From positions 9,035-73,034 of the forward strand of contig CAYTEO010000001.1 in NCBI GenBank assembly GCA_964436825.1: 64,000 nt of DNA. The letters run 5' to 3'. Made by a program: the position numbers and the translations under genes. The notes below the pieces were generated by a model. The model made no database searches. It was not told the origin of the DNA and was given only the letters and a program-made list of their open reading frames with translations. The stretch comes from an uncultured Fibrobacteraceae bacterium (GTDB taxonomy: Bacteria; Krumholzibacteriota; Krumholzibacteriia; LZORAL124-64-63). Below are positions 1 to 8,548 of the stretch, one piece after another (the first letter of the stretch is position 1; every line of letters starts with the position of its first letter).

Positions 1-528
1 CAGGTAGAGGTCGCGGTAGATCAGCCCCTCGTCGTGCAGCCGCTTGAAGGCGGTGGCCACGGCCCGGCTGCGCGCCGCGTCCATGGTGAACGCCTCGCGC
101 GACCAGTCCAGGGAGCAGCCCAGCCGCCGCAGCTGGCTGGTGATGACGCCGTGGGTGCGGGTCTTCCAGGCCCAGGCCCGCTCGAGGAACTTCTCGCGGC
201 CCATCTCGCGCTTGTCCAGGCCCTCGTCGCGGAGCTGGCGGATGACCACCTGCTCTGTGGCGATCGAGGCGTGGTCGGTGCCGGGCACCCACAGGGTGGG
301 CCGCCCGCGCATCCGCATCCAGCGGACCAGGACGTCCTGGATGGCATCGCTGAGGCAGTGGCCCATGTGCAGCACGCCGGTGACGTTGGGCGGCGGCAGG
401 GTGATGACGAACGGCTCGCCCTCGGCGTCGGGCAACGGGGCGAACAGTCCCTCCCGTTCCCAGCGCTCGTACCAGCGCTGCTCGATGCCCGACGGGTCGT
501 AGGCCGCGGTGTGGCGCAGGTCGTTCAC
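1..528 (-). CDS. valS: Valyl-tRNA synthetase, N-terminal (5') portion; the gene continues beyond the window start.
   Basis: Manual minus-strand translation gives VNDLRHTAAYDPSGIEQRWYERW...PFVITLPPPNVTGVLHMGHCLSDAIQDVLVRWMRMRGRPTLWVPGTDHASIATE...KFLERAWAWK. This carries the class I HIGH motif and aligns well with ValS N-termini. A GTG start near 528 has a GGGAGAG RBS; an alternative in-frame ATG lies near 591. Confidence 0.7.
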   Translation of the reverse strand, partial: MNDLRHTAAYDPSGIEQRWYERWEREGLFAPLPDAEGEPFVITLPPPNVTGVLHMGHCLSDAIQDVLVRWMRMRGRPTLWVPGTDHASIATEQVVIRQLRDEGLDKREMGREKFLERAWAWKTRTHGVITSQLRRLGCSLDWSREAFTMDAARSRAVATAFKRLHDEGLIYRDLYL

Positions 529-716
529 GAAGCAACTCTCCCGGTCTGGATCGGCCGTCTGTGGTGCGAACGCCCATGGTAAGCAGCGCATCCGGGCGGG
601 TCAACGTCGATACGGCCGGCACGACCCGCCCCGCCGGCGAATCGTGCCGTCTGCGCGACGGGCCGGCCCTTCCCGGAGCCGGCCCGATCTGCTATCCTCG
701 ACAGAGGAGGCCGCCC

Positions 717-3242
717 ATGTCCGCACCGCCAGCTTCGCCCGCCGCCGCGGCGCCGCCAGTCACGTCCCGCGACCGCCTCTCCCGCTGGCTGGGACTCTAC
801 CTGCTGGCGCCCCTGCTGCTGCTGCTGGAGATCCCCGTCGCCATCCACATCGCCCAGTCGCCCTACGACGGCCTGGTGATCCACAACCTCATCGTCCAGG
901 AGGTCGTCCCCGGCAGCCCCGCCGACCGCGCGGGGATCGTGCCCGGCGAGCGGTTGCTGGCGGTCGACGACCGGCCCACCCTGACGATGGTCGACTTCTA
1001 CCTGGCCCGCGCCGGCCGCTACGACCTGGCCCCGCGCCACTACCTGCTGCAGCGGGACGGCCGGGTGCGGACGGTCACCGTCGTGCCGGTCCGGCCTCCC
1101 AGCGCGCGCCTGGCCTGGAACTACAGCCTGTCGGTCGTGGGGCTCGCCTTCCTGCTGATGGGCTGGCTGATCCTGGCCCGGCGCAACGACATGGTGGCCC
1201 GCCACTTCTTCGGCCTCTGCATGCTGTTCGCCTTCTTCATGATGGACGTGCCGGACTGGCCGTCGCGGACCTGGCTGACGGCCAAGGAGGTGGCCCGCGA
1301 CGCGGCCGTGCTGTTGCTGCCGGTGATCTTCCTGCGCTTCTGCCTCTACTTCCCCGACCGGGTCCACCTCACCACCGCGGCGCGGCACCGCCACCGGCTG
1401 CTGCTGCTGCCCGCCGCCGTCCTGTTCGCGGGGAGCCTCTACGCGAACTTCGCCCGGCTGGACCCGGCCACTTCCGCCCTGGTGGCACTGCTGCAGCTGG
1501 TGACGGGGATCTACTTCGTCGCCTTCATCGCCGCCGGGCTGGTCGTCTCCGCCCGCAAGCTCCTGCGCCGCAACCGGCCCGTCGAGCGCACGAAGCTGCG
1601 GCTGGTGGGCCTGGGGCTGATCGGCGGGGTCGTGCCGTTCCTGGCGGGGGCCGTCGTCCACAACCTGCTGCCGGGACTGGAGCTGCCGCTGCGGGAATGG
1701 AGCGCCCTGTCGCTGGTCCTGGTGCCGGTGACCTTCGGGGTGGCCATCCTGCGCTACGGGGCCCTGGACCTGGAGTACGTCGTCCGTCACGGGCTGGTCT
1801 ACGCCCTGCTGACCGCGGGCGTGGTCGTGCTGTACCTGGTGCTGGTGGGGGTGCTGGGGCACATCCTCACGGGCTACTTCAAGACATCGAGCTATCCTGT
1901 TGCCCTGGCGGCCGTTGCCATCATCGCCCTGACCTTGAACCCGGCTCGCCGCGCGTTGCACGACTGGGTGGACGGCACCTTCTATCCCTCCCGCCGCGCC
2001 ACCCGCGAGGCCATCGAGACGCTGTCCCACGCGCTCTCCGAGTTGATCGACGACGAGGCGACCCTGACGGCACGCTTGCTGGACGGCCTGTTCGACCTCT
2101 ACCGCCCCGCGTCCCTCCACCTGCTGACCGAACAGGACGATGCCTTCGTCCAGCGGGGTAGCCGCCCCCCCTCGGCACCGCCCGTGCCCGAGCTGCCGCC
2201 GGACAGCACCCTGGCGACGGTCCTCCTGCTGGCCCACCGCCCCATCTACGTGGAGGAGATCGACGGGCTGGCCGTCGACAACGCCACCGACCCCGCCAGC
2301 GCAGCGCTGCTGGCGACGTCCCTCTGCCAGCTCGTCGTACCCCTGATCGCGGGCCAGCGGTTGCGCGGCCTGCTGCTGCTGGGCGGCAAGGAGGGCGGGC
2401 TGCTGTACAGCCAGACCGACATCGCCAACCTGCATCACTTCGGCGTCCAGGCCGCCGCGCTGCTCGAGCTGACCCGGCTCTACCAGGAGCGGCTCTCCCG
2501 CCAGCGGCTGGAGACGGAGCTGTCGGTGGCGCGGCGGATCCAGCAGGGGCTGCTGCCGGCGGCTCCCATCGTCACCGGCGACCTGGAGCTGGCCGGCCGG
2601 ATGGAGCCGAGCCGGGACGTGGGCGGGGACTACTTCGACTACCTGAGGCTGGACCGGGACCGGATCGCCGTGGCCATCGCCGACGTGGCGGGCCACGGCA
2701 TCCCCGCGGCGATGATCATGATGAGCCTGCGGGTGGAGTTCCGCACCGCCGTGGTGGCCGATCCCGACCCGGCCCGCCTCTGCGCCCACCTCAACCGGAT
2801 CGTCTGCGGGATGGGCGAGGCGGGACGGCTGGTCTGCTTCTTCGTCGGGATCCTGGACCGGCGCGACCGGTTGCTGCGGTTCTGCAACGCGGGGATGAAC
2901 CCGCCGCTGCTGCTGCGCCGCGGCGGCGGCTACCTGGACCGTCTGCGCAAGGGCGGCCCGATGCTGGGAATCGACCCGGACCACGGCTACGCCCGCGGCA
3001 GCATCGGCCTGGAGCCGGGAGACCTCTGCCTGCTGCACACCGACGGCCTGGTCGACCAGACCGGACCGGATGGCGAACAGCGGTTCGGACCCGACCGCCT
3101 GGAACGGCTCCTGCGGTCCCTGGCGGACGCCGCTGCCCCGCTGCCTGTCTCCCTGGACAGGATCTTTGCAGCCCTCGAAGAGTTCGGCGGTGATCAGCCG
3201 AGCGACGACCGCACGGCTATCCTGTTGAGAATCAAGCAGTAG
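717..3242 (+). CDS. Membrane-bound PP2C-family (SpoIIE/RsbU-like) serine phosphatase with an N-terminal PDZ-like domain, about 10 TM helices, a GAF-like linker and a C-terminal PP2C domain.
   Basis: ORF 561..3242; the ATG at 717 is preceded by a GAGGAGG RBS. PDZ-like segment: GLVIHNLIVQEVVPGSPADRAGIVPGERLLAVDD. Multiple hydrophobic helices follow. PP2C/SpoIIE motifs: RRIQQGLLP...GGDYFDYL...AIADVAGHGIPAAMIMMSL...LLHTDGLVD. Confidence 0.75.
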   Translation: MSAPPASPAAAAPPVTSRDRLSRWLGLYLLAPLLLLLEIPVAIHIAQSPYDGLVIHNLIVQEVVPGSPADRAGIVPGERLLAVDDRPTLTMVDFYLARAGRYDLAPRHYLLQRDGRVRTVTVVPVRPPSARLAWNYSLSVVGLAFLLMGWLILARRNDMVARHFFGLCMLFAFFMMDVPDWPSRTWLTAKEVARDAAVLLLPVIFLRFCLYFPDRVHLTTAARHRHRLLLLPAAVLFAGSLYANFARLDPATSALVALLQLVTGIYFVAFIAAGLVVSARKLLRRNRPVERTKLRLVGLGLIGGVVPFLAGAVVHNLLPGLELPLREWSALSLVLVPVTFGVAILRYGALDLEYVVRHGLVYALLTAGVVVLYLVLVGVLGHILTGYFKTSSYPVALAAVAIIALTLNPARRALHDWVDGTFYPSRRATREAIETLSHALSELIDDEATLTARLLDGLFDLYRPASLHLLTEQDDAFVQRGSRPPSAPPVPELPPDSTLATVLLLAHRPIYVEEIDGLAVDNATDPASAALLATSLCQLVVPLIAGQRLRGLLLLGGKEGGLLYSQTDIANLHHFGVQAAALLELTRLYQERLSRQRLETELSVARRIQQGLLPAAPIVTGDLELAGRMEPSRDVGGDYFDYLRLDRDRIAVAIADVAGHGIPAAMIMMSLRVEFRTAVVADPDPARLCAHLNRIVCGMGEAGRLVCFFVGILDRRDRLLRFCNAGMNPPLLLRRGGGYLDRLRKGGPMLGIDPDHGYARGSIGLEPGDLCLLHTDGLVDQTGPDGEQRFGPDRLERLLRSLADAAAPLPVSLDRIFAALEEFGGDQPSDDRTAILLRIKQ

Positions 3243-3454
3243 AACGAAACGTCACCCGGCCGGCACCGATTTCGCTAAAGCAACGGTGTCGGCTGTCGAT
3301 GCTGACGGCGGAAGCCCGTCCCGCGGCGGGACCGCGGGACCAACCTTTCACCCGGATGGGAGGACGCTCATGATCCCGATCGACGTGATCATCGGCCTCT
3401 CCATCGTAGACCTTCTATGGTGGTTGAGGAAATGATCAAGACGGACCGCGCGGG

Positions 3455-3504
3455 TCCCTGACCGGTCAACTGTCGTCAGACATCCGGTCAGGGACGCTTC
3501 TTTT
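3455..3504 (+). terminator. Rho-independent terminator-like hairpin (CCCTGACCGG...CCGGTCAGGG) followed by a CTTCTTTT tract.
   Basis: Perfect 10-bp inverted repeat with an 18-19 nt loop, then a T-rich run. It is read as a terminator only on the plus strand and lies 20 nt after a 21-codon small ORF. Confidence 0.45.
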
Positions 3505-3508
3505 CCCG

Positions 3509-3937
3509 TCAGTCCCCCTCCTCGACCCCCTTCTCCCCCTCCTCCAGCGACGCGTAGAGATCCCCCACCGGCTCCTCGTCGACCCAGTCCTCCCGGACCA
3601 GGACCAGGACGGCCGCGTTGGGCACGACCAGGTACGGTCGCCCCTCGAAGGTGATCTCGACGGCCGCCTTGCGCAGGAACAGGACGTAGTCCCCCTCCTG
3701 GGCCTGCAGGGGGATGTAGCGCCCCTCGTTGCCGTGGGGCCACTCGTCGGGATCGTCTGCCGGCTCGGGGATGGGGATCCCCGGTCCGACGGCGGCCACC
3801 CACCCTCCCTGGGCCAGGCGGGTGCTGGTGGCGGTGGCGGGCAGGTAGAGGCCGGTCGACGTCTTCTCCTCCCCCCGCTCGGGACGCACGAGGAGACGGT
3901 CGCCGACGACGATCAGGCGCTTCTTCAACGGTGCCAT
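3509..3937 (-). CDS. Cpn10/GroES-like co-chaperonin with an internal insertion and an acidic C-terminal tail. It is atypically long (142 aa) and has no adjacent groEL.
   Basis: KKRLIVVGDRLLVRPERGEEKTSTGLYLP...VAAVGPG...GDYVLF aligns to the GroES mobile-loop and roof regions. It lies 40 nt downstream of tlpA on the same strand. Confidence 0.55.
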   Translation of the reverse strand: MAPLKKRLIVVGDRLLVRPERGEEKTSTGLYLPATATSTRLAQGGWVAAVGPGIPIPEPADDPDEWPHGNEGRYIPLQAQEGDYVLFLRKAAVEITFEGRPYLVVPNAAVLVLVREDWVDEEPVGDLYASLEEGEKGVEEGD

Positions 3938-3976
3938 GACGTTCGCCTCCTCGTGCTGCCCGGCCGGGTGGCGGGA

Positions 3977-4546
3977 TCAGGAGTTCTTGGCCTTCATGGC
4001 CATCCGGACGTACTCGTCCAGTGGCCTGTAGCCGACGAACTTGCCGGCGATCCGCCCGTCCGGGGTGATGAAGAAGGTGGTCGGGATGCTGCGCACGCCC
4101 CCGAAGGCGTTGGCCACCTCGGCTCCGCCCAGGACGACCTTGAAGGTGAAACCTTGCTGCTCGACGAACGGCTTGACGACCTTCAGCCCCTGCTGGTCGG
4201 TGGCGATGGCCACGACGACGATCCCCTGGTCCGCGTACTCGTCCTGGAGCTCCTGCAGGTGCGGCAGGGCGCGGCGGCACGGCGGGCACCAGGTGGCCCA
4301 GAAATCCAGGACGACCGTCTTGCCGCGGTAGTCGGACAGCTTGACGTGGTTGCCTTCCAGGTCGAGCAGGTCGAAGTCGGGGGCGACCGGCAACTCGGGC
4401 CCGGAGGCGGCGGCGGCGCCCTGCTCGCCGGCGGCGGCCTGCTCCTGGGGAGGGGCCTTCTCGCTGCAGCCGGAGACCAGGACGGTCAGGACGAGGACGG
4501 CGATCAGGGACAGGGTCTTGAACTTCACGTCGTGTTCCTTTCGCAT
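3977..4546 (-). CDS. tlpA: Thiol:disulfide oxidoreductase lipoprotein, TlpA/ResA-like thioredoxin fold.
   Basis: Signal peptide plus lipobox (LVSGCSE). WATWCPPC active site. The ATG overlaps the trxA stop by one base. The real start is the internal MRKEHD; the upstream part of ORF 3977..4927 is a frame artifact. Confidence 0.8.
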   Translation of the reverse strand: MRKEHDVKFKTLSLIAVLVLTVLVSGCSEKAPPQEQAAAGEQGAAAASGPELPVAPDFDLLDLEGNHVKLSDYRGKTVVLDFWATWCPPCRRALPHLQELQDEYADQGIVVVAIATDQQGLKVVKPFVEQQGFTFKVVLGGAEVANAFGGVRSIPTTFFITPDGRIAGKFVGYRPLDEYVRMAMKAKNS

Positions 4547-4872
4547 CACAGCAGCTTGCTCTCGATCTTCTCGACGATCTTGTCCTTGGGCGAGACGCCG
4601 ATCTGGGAGTCCACGACCTGGCCGCCCTTCATGTACAGGACCGTCGGGACGGACATGACCCGGAACTGCATGGCCGCGTTGCGGGCCTTGTCCACGTCCA
4701 CGTGGACGACCTTCAGCCGGCCGGCGTAGTCGTCGGCCAGCTCGGCGACGATGGGCTCGAGGTGCTTGCAGGGCCCGCACCAGGTGGCGCTGAAGTCGAC
4801 CAGGACCGGCAGCTCGCTCTGCAGGACCTCGGCGGCGAAGTTCTCGTCGGTGACGTGGATCACGTTGCTCAT
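4546..4872 (-). CDS. trxA: Thioredoxin.
   Basis: 108 aa with the WCGPCK motif. Typical TrxA length and sequence. Its ATG overlaps the dsbD stop (ATGA). Confidence 0.9.
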   Translation of the reverse strand: MSNVIHVTDENFAAEVLQSELPVLVDFSATWCGPCKHLEPIVAELADDYAGRLKVVHVDVDKARNAAMQFRVMSVPTVLYMKGGQVVDSQIGVSPKDKIVEKIESKLL

Positions 4873-6740
4873 CGTTCCTCCTGAGGCTGGGTCGTCCGGC
4901 CGCCGGTCGCGGCCCGGTCCAGGACACGCTGCAGCACGGGGATCACCTGCTCGGGGGATCGGAATCCCGAGAAGCGTTCCAGCTCGCTGCCGTCGGGAGC
5001 GAAGAAGATGACCGTCGGCATCCCCGCCACGCCGTAGCGGCGCAGCAGGGCGGTGTTGGTCTCCGACCTTTCGGTCATGTCCATTTTAAGCGGGATGAAG
5101 CCGCGGGCAAGTTCCAGCACCCGCTCGTCGCTCCAGGTCTCGTGGTCCAGCTCCTTGCAGGCGGCGCACCACTCGGCCCAGAAGTCCATGACCACCGGCC
5201 TGCCGGTGCGTTCCGCCTCCGCGAAGGCGGCCTCGACGTCGTGCCGCCAGGCGGGTTCCTCCGCGACGGTCGCCTCCGGCCCGGGCCGCCCGCCGGCCGG
5301 CAGCAGTCCCGGCGCCAGCCCCCGCAGTCCGCCCAGCAGCAGCAGGACCACGCCCACCGTCCAGACCAGCATCAGCACCCCCTTGCCCATCCCGGCCCGT
5401 GGCCCGGCGTCGGGGGGCAGGGGGCGCCACGCCCCCCAGGCGCTGGCGCTGAAGGCCAGCAGGACGCCCAGCATCGTCAGCAGCAGCCAGCCGGGCACGT
5501 ACAGGCGCAGGAACCAGAGGGCCAGCCCGTAGAGGACCAGGGCGAAGAAGTGCTTGACCTGTTCCATCCAGGCCCCCGCCCCGGGCAGGGCCGTCAGCAG
5601 GCCGCTGAAGGTCCCCAGGGCGATGAACAGCATCCCCAGGCCCAGGGCGAAGGTGAACAGCAGCCAGAAACCCAGCAGCAGGTTGCCGGTGGTCGCCACC
5701 CAGGTCAGCAGGACGATCAGGACCGGGCCGACGCACGGGGCGGCGATCAGGCCCATGGCCATCCCCATCAGCAGCGGTCCCAGGAAACCGGTGCGGGCGC
5801 CGCCGATCCGGGTGGTCAGCGACGACGGCGGCTGGATGTCGAACAGGCCGGCCATGGACAGTCCCATGGCCCCGATGACCGTCGCGACGATCCCGGCGAA
5901 CAGGGGAGTCTGGGTCGCCTGTCCGAAGGCGCCGCCGGTGGCCGCGGCCACCAGGCCCAGGGTCGAGTAGACGACGGCGATCCCCAGGACGTACCACAGG
6001 GACATGACGAACCCCTTGGCGGGGTTCCCCTTGGCACTGCCGCCGATGAAGCCGACGGTGATCGGGATCATGGGATAGACGCAGGGAGTGAAGCTGGCCA
6101 GGATCCCGCCCAGGAAGACCAGCAGGAAGGCCAGCCAGCTCCCCCGGTCCAGGGCGTCCTCCAGGCGGCCCTGCAGTCCCCGCGGCCGCTCCGGCCGCAC
6201 GTCGGCCGTCGCGTCGGCGGGATCCGCCGCGCCCGTCCGGGCCGACACGGCGGCATCGCCCGCCGGCGCCAGCGCCAGCTCGGCGCTCGTCTGCGCCCAG
6301 GCCGGCGCGTAGCAGAGTCCGGCCTCTCCCTCGCGGCAGAGCTGGTACTGGGCCTCGAGATCCACGCGCAGCGACGTGGCGCCCGCCGGCAGGCGGACCG
6401 GCACGACGGCCATGACGTCGCCCTTGTAGTAGCCGATCTCCTGCTCGACGATCGGCTCGGGGAAGACGGCCTGGCCGAAACCGGCCGGCGGTTCGCTCTG
6501 CCAGCGGAGCTGCTGGAAGGTCGAGGTCAGGTGGGTCCCCGCCGGCACGTGGTAGACGACGCCGAGGCGCCCCTCCCCGCCCGCGGGCAGCGGACCGAGG
6601 GGCCTGATCTCGACGGTGACGGCCGGCACCCCGCCCCCGGCGGGAGGGGTCCTGCCCAGGCCGGGTCCCGCCTGGACGACGACGGCCAGCAGCGTCAGCA
6701 GCAGCACGGGCAAAGCGATCCGGGCGATGCGACGGGACAT
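4869..6740 (-). CDS. dsbD: Thiol:disulfide interchange protein DsbD. It has an N-terminal periplasmic domain, a CcdA-like TM core and a C-terminal thioredoxin domain.
   Basis: TM core with a TPCVYPMIP motif. C-terminal FWAEWCAACKELD thioredoxin motif. The likely start is MSRRIARIALPVLLL (signal-like) with an AAGGAG RBS. Confidence 0.85.
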   Translation of the reverse strand: MSRRIARIALPVLLLTLLAVVVQAGPGLGRTPPAGGGVPAVTVEIRPLGPLPAGGEGRLGVVYHVPAGTHLTSTFQQLRWQSEPPAGFGQAVFPEPIVEQEIGYYKGDVMAVVPVRLPAGATSLRVDLEAQYQLCREGEAGLCYAPAWAQTSAELALAPAGDAAVSARTGAADPADATADVRPERPRGLQGRLEDALDRGSWLAFLLVFLGGILASFTPCVYPMIPITVGFIGGSAKGNPAKGFVMSLWYVLGIAVVYSTLGLVAAATGGAFGQATQTPLFAGIVATVIGAMGLSMAGLFDIQPPSSLTTRIGGARTGFLGPLLMGMAMGLIAAPCVGPVLIVLLTWVATTGNLLLGFWLLFTFALGLGMLFIALGTFSGLLTALPGAGAWMEQVKHFFALVLYGLALWFLRLYVPGWLLLTMLGVLLAFSASAWGAWRPLPPDAGPRAGMGKGVLMLVWTVGVVLLLLGGLRGLAPGLLPAGGRPGPEATVAEEPAWRHDVEAAFAEAERTGRPVVMDFWAEWCAACKELDHETWSDERVLELARGFIPLKMDMTERSETNTALLRRYGVAGMPTVIFFAPDGSELERFSGFRSPEQVIPVLQRVLDRAATGGRTTQPQEER

Positions 6741-6822
6741 GGACGTCTCCTTGGCGTCGGTAGCGATCACGGTACGCTCGGGCATGAGTGGCGCGGGGGC
6801 GCCGCCCGTCACGGGCGGCGCC

Positions 6823-7620
6823 TCACTGGAGGTGCTTCTCCTGCCGGTGATCGACGTCGTAGATCTTCAGGGGCAGGCCGTCGCTCTCGGTCAGAACCTC
6901 GGGCAGCCCGTCCCCGTCGATGTCGACCAGCTCGATGCGGGTGCCGAAGACCTGGTCCTCCCACTTGATGTCGCCGGTCCGGCTGTCGATGACCTGGCCG
7001 GTGTTGAGGACCAGCTCGGGGTTGCGGTCCCCGTCGACGTCGCCGACGGCGATGCGTGTCCCCTGGTATTCGCGCAGGCTGGTCCACTCGCGGTTGAAGG
7101 TCTTGCCGTCCAGGTAGTAGAGGTGGCTGTCGGCGTTGACGATGATCTCCCACTGGGGATCGTCGTCCACGTTGGCCGCGGTCAGGCAGGTGATCTGCGT
7201 GAAATCGTTGGGCAGGGTCTCGTAGCGCAACTTCAGGTCGTGGGCGGACCAGACGTAGATCATCGCCGAGCTCGTCCAGGCGATCAGCTCGTCCTTGCCG
7301 TCCCCGTCCAGGTCGGGAGCGATGACCTCGCGGACGATCCCGTCGAGCTGCTTGCTGGACCAGATCTCCTCGCTGCCGTCGCCGGTCAGGTAGTAGACCC
7401 GCACCAGGCCGAAGCGGTCCCCCAGCGCGATGTAGGGACCGAAGTCGTCCTCGCGGGTGTCGATCGCCACGATGTGGTCCAGCCGATCGGCGGCCCGCAG
7501 GGCGATCCTGTAGGCGTCGTAGGACAGCGGCGTGGGCTCGGCCGCGAGCAGTGGCGCGAACCAGCCCAGCAGCAGGCACAGGCCGAACACGACCTGGCCG
7601 AGATGTCGTTGGCCTCGCAT
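6823..7620 (-). CDS. Secreted FG-GAP/beta-propeller repeat protein.
   Basis: Internal start MRGQRHLG is followed by a signal-like hydrophobic stretch and preceded by GGAGGA. Repeated DxDGDG motifs (DLDGDGKDE, DVDGDRNPE, DIDGDGLPE) are typical of FG-GAP. Confidence 0.6.
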   Translation of the reverse strand: MRGQRHLGQVVFGLCLLLGWFAPLLAAEPTPLSYDAYRIALRAADRLDHIVAIDTREDDFGPYIALGDRFGLVRVYYLTGDGSEEIWSSKQLDGIVREVIAPDLDGDGKDELIAWTSSAMIYVWSAHDLKLRYETLPNDFTQITCLTAANVDDDPQWEIIVNADSHLYYLDGKTFNREWTSLREYQGTRIAVGDVDGDRNPELVLNTGQVIDSRTGDIKWEDQVFGTRIELVDIDGDGLPEVLTESDGLPLKIYDVDHRQEKHLQ

Positions 7621-7762
7621 GATTCCTCCCCGTTGCGTTCCCCGACGGCGCCTGCGGCGCCTCAGTGTCGCCCCGTAGGATAAGCCAGCAACGCCTCCCC
7701 GTCTACCCGCCGCTGCGTCCGGGGTTCCCGGCGGGAATGGGGGCCGGCGCGGTGGCGGGGAG

Positions 7763-8425
7763 TCACCAGGGGACGGGAACACCGGCCAGCAGGTGGACCG
7801 ACCAGCCGGAATAGTCGCGCGGACGGTGGATGTAGCTGCGCCACTGGGCCGAGACCGACAGCAGGACCTTCGGCAGCGGGCGCCACTGGTAGCCGAACTC
7901 GACGCTGGCGGTGAAGAATCGCTCCTCGGCATGACGGGGCGGGACGGTGACGGTCGCGCCGGTGGAGTCGACGCTGGTCCCGCCTCCGACGGGGTAGCTG
8001 GCCAGGGCGATCCCCGCCGCGACACCGGCGAACAGCAGGGGACGGCCGTCGTCCCGGTCCGCGTCGTCGACGAAGCGGCGCAGGCCGCAATCGAGGACGA
8101 CGAGGTTGCGGTGCGGGGCGATATCGCGGTACTCCCCCCGCAGGACGATGCCGCTGTTCCAGTCGTGGCAGGGGGTGAACAGCTCCGAGGCGGCGGCCGG
8201 CGGCAGCAGGACCGCGACGCTGGCTCCCAGGGTCAGCGGGTCCCCGTCGGGGCTGCCGCCGATGGAGGGTCCGGCCAGCAGCCACGGCTCGGGCGTGCGA
8301 TCGGGGCGCGCCAGGGACGAGCGGACGATCCCGTCGCGGGCGACGGCCGTCCCGACCCACAGCAGCAGGCAGCAGGCGGCCAGCAACCGGCCACCGGGCG
8401 CTCGTTTCCGACCAGCGCGGACCAT
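7763..8425 (-). CDS. Hypothetical secreted protein.
   Basis: In-frame start MVRAGRKR with a GGGAGG RBS and a signal-like LLAACCLLLWVGTAVA. Codon usage matches flanking genes. No recognisable domain. Confidence 0.4.
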   Translation of the reverse strand: MVRAGRKRAPGGRLLAACCLLLWVGTAVARDGIVRSSLARPDRTPEPWLLAGPSIGGSPDGDPLTLGASVAVLLPPAAASELFTPCHDWNSGIVLRGEYRDIAPHRNLVVLDCGLRRFVDDADRDDGRPLLFAGVAAGIALASYPVGGGTSVDSTGATVTVPPRHAEERFFTASVEFGYQWRPLPKVLLSVSAQWRSYIHRPRDYSGWSVHLLAGVPVPW

Positions 8426-8548
8426 CGAACCTCCCGCCAGGCGCGTTCCGCCGCACCGCGCGGCGGTCACGGCCGGATCCTGCAACCGCCATGCCACGGT
8501 TGCCCGCCCGGCCGCCGTGGGCTAACGTCCCCGCCCGGAGGAGCGACC

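Noticed and set aside
509-3038. Long ORFs 509..2161(+) and 525..3038(-) overlapping the phosphatase gene.
   Set aside because: Their translations are dominated by R/G/P/A low-complexity sequence typical of off-frame reading of 70% GC DNA. The +2 frame (717..3242) encodes a coherent PDZ/TM/PP2C protein.
3348-4927. ORFs 3348..4289(-), 3734..4729(+) and the N-terminal 127 aa of ORF 3977..4927.
   Set aside because: Arg/Gly/Pro-rich artifacts. The region is fully explained by the GroES-like, tlpA and trxA genes in other frames. The tlpA start is the internal MRKEHD, which has a signal peptide and lipobox.
5086-6968. ORFs 5086..5997(-), 5142..6968(+) and 5053..5532(+) inside dsbD.
   Set aside because: Low-complexity off-frame translations. 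The DsbD frame has TM helices and a thioredoxin motif.
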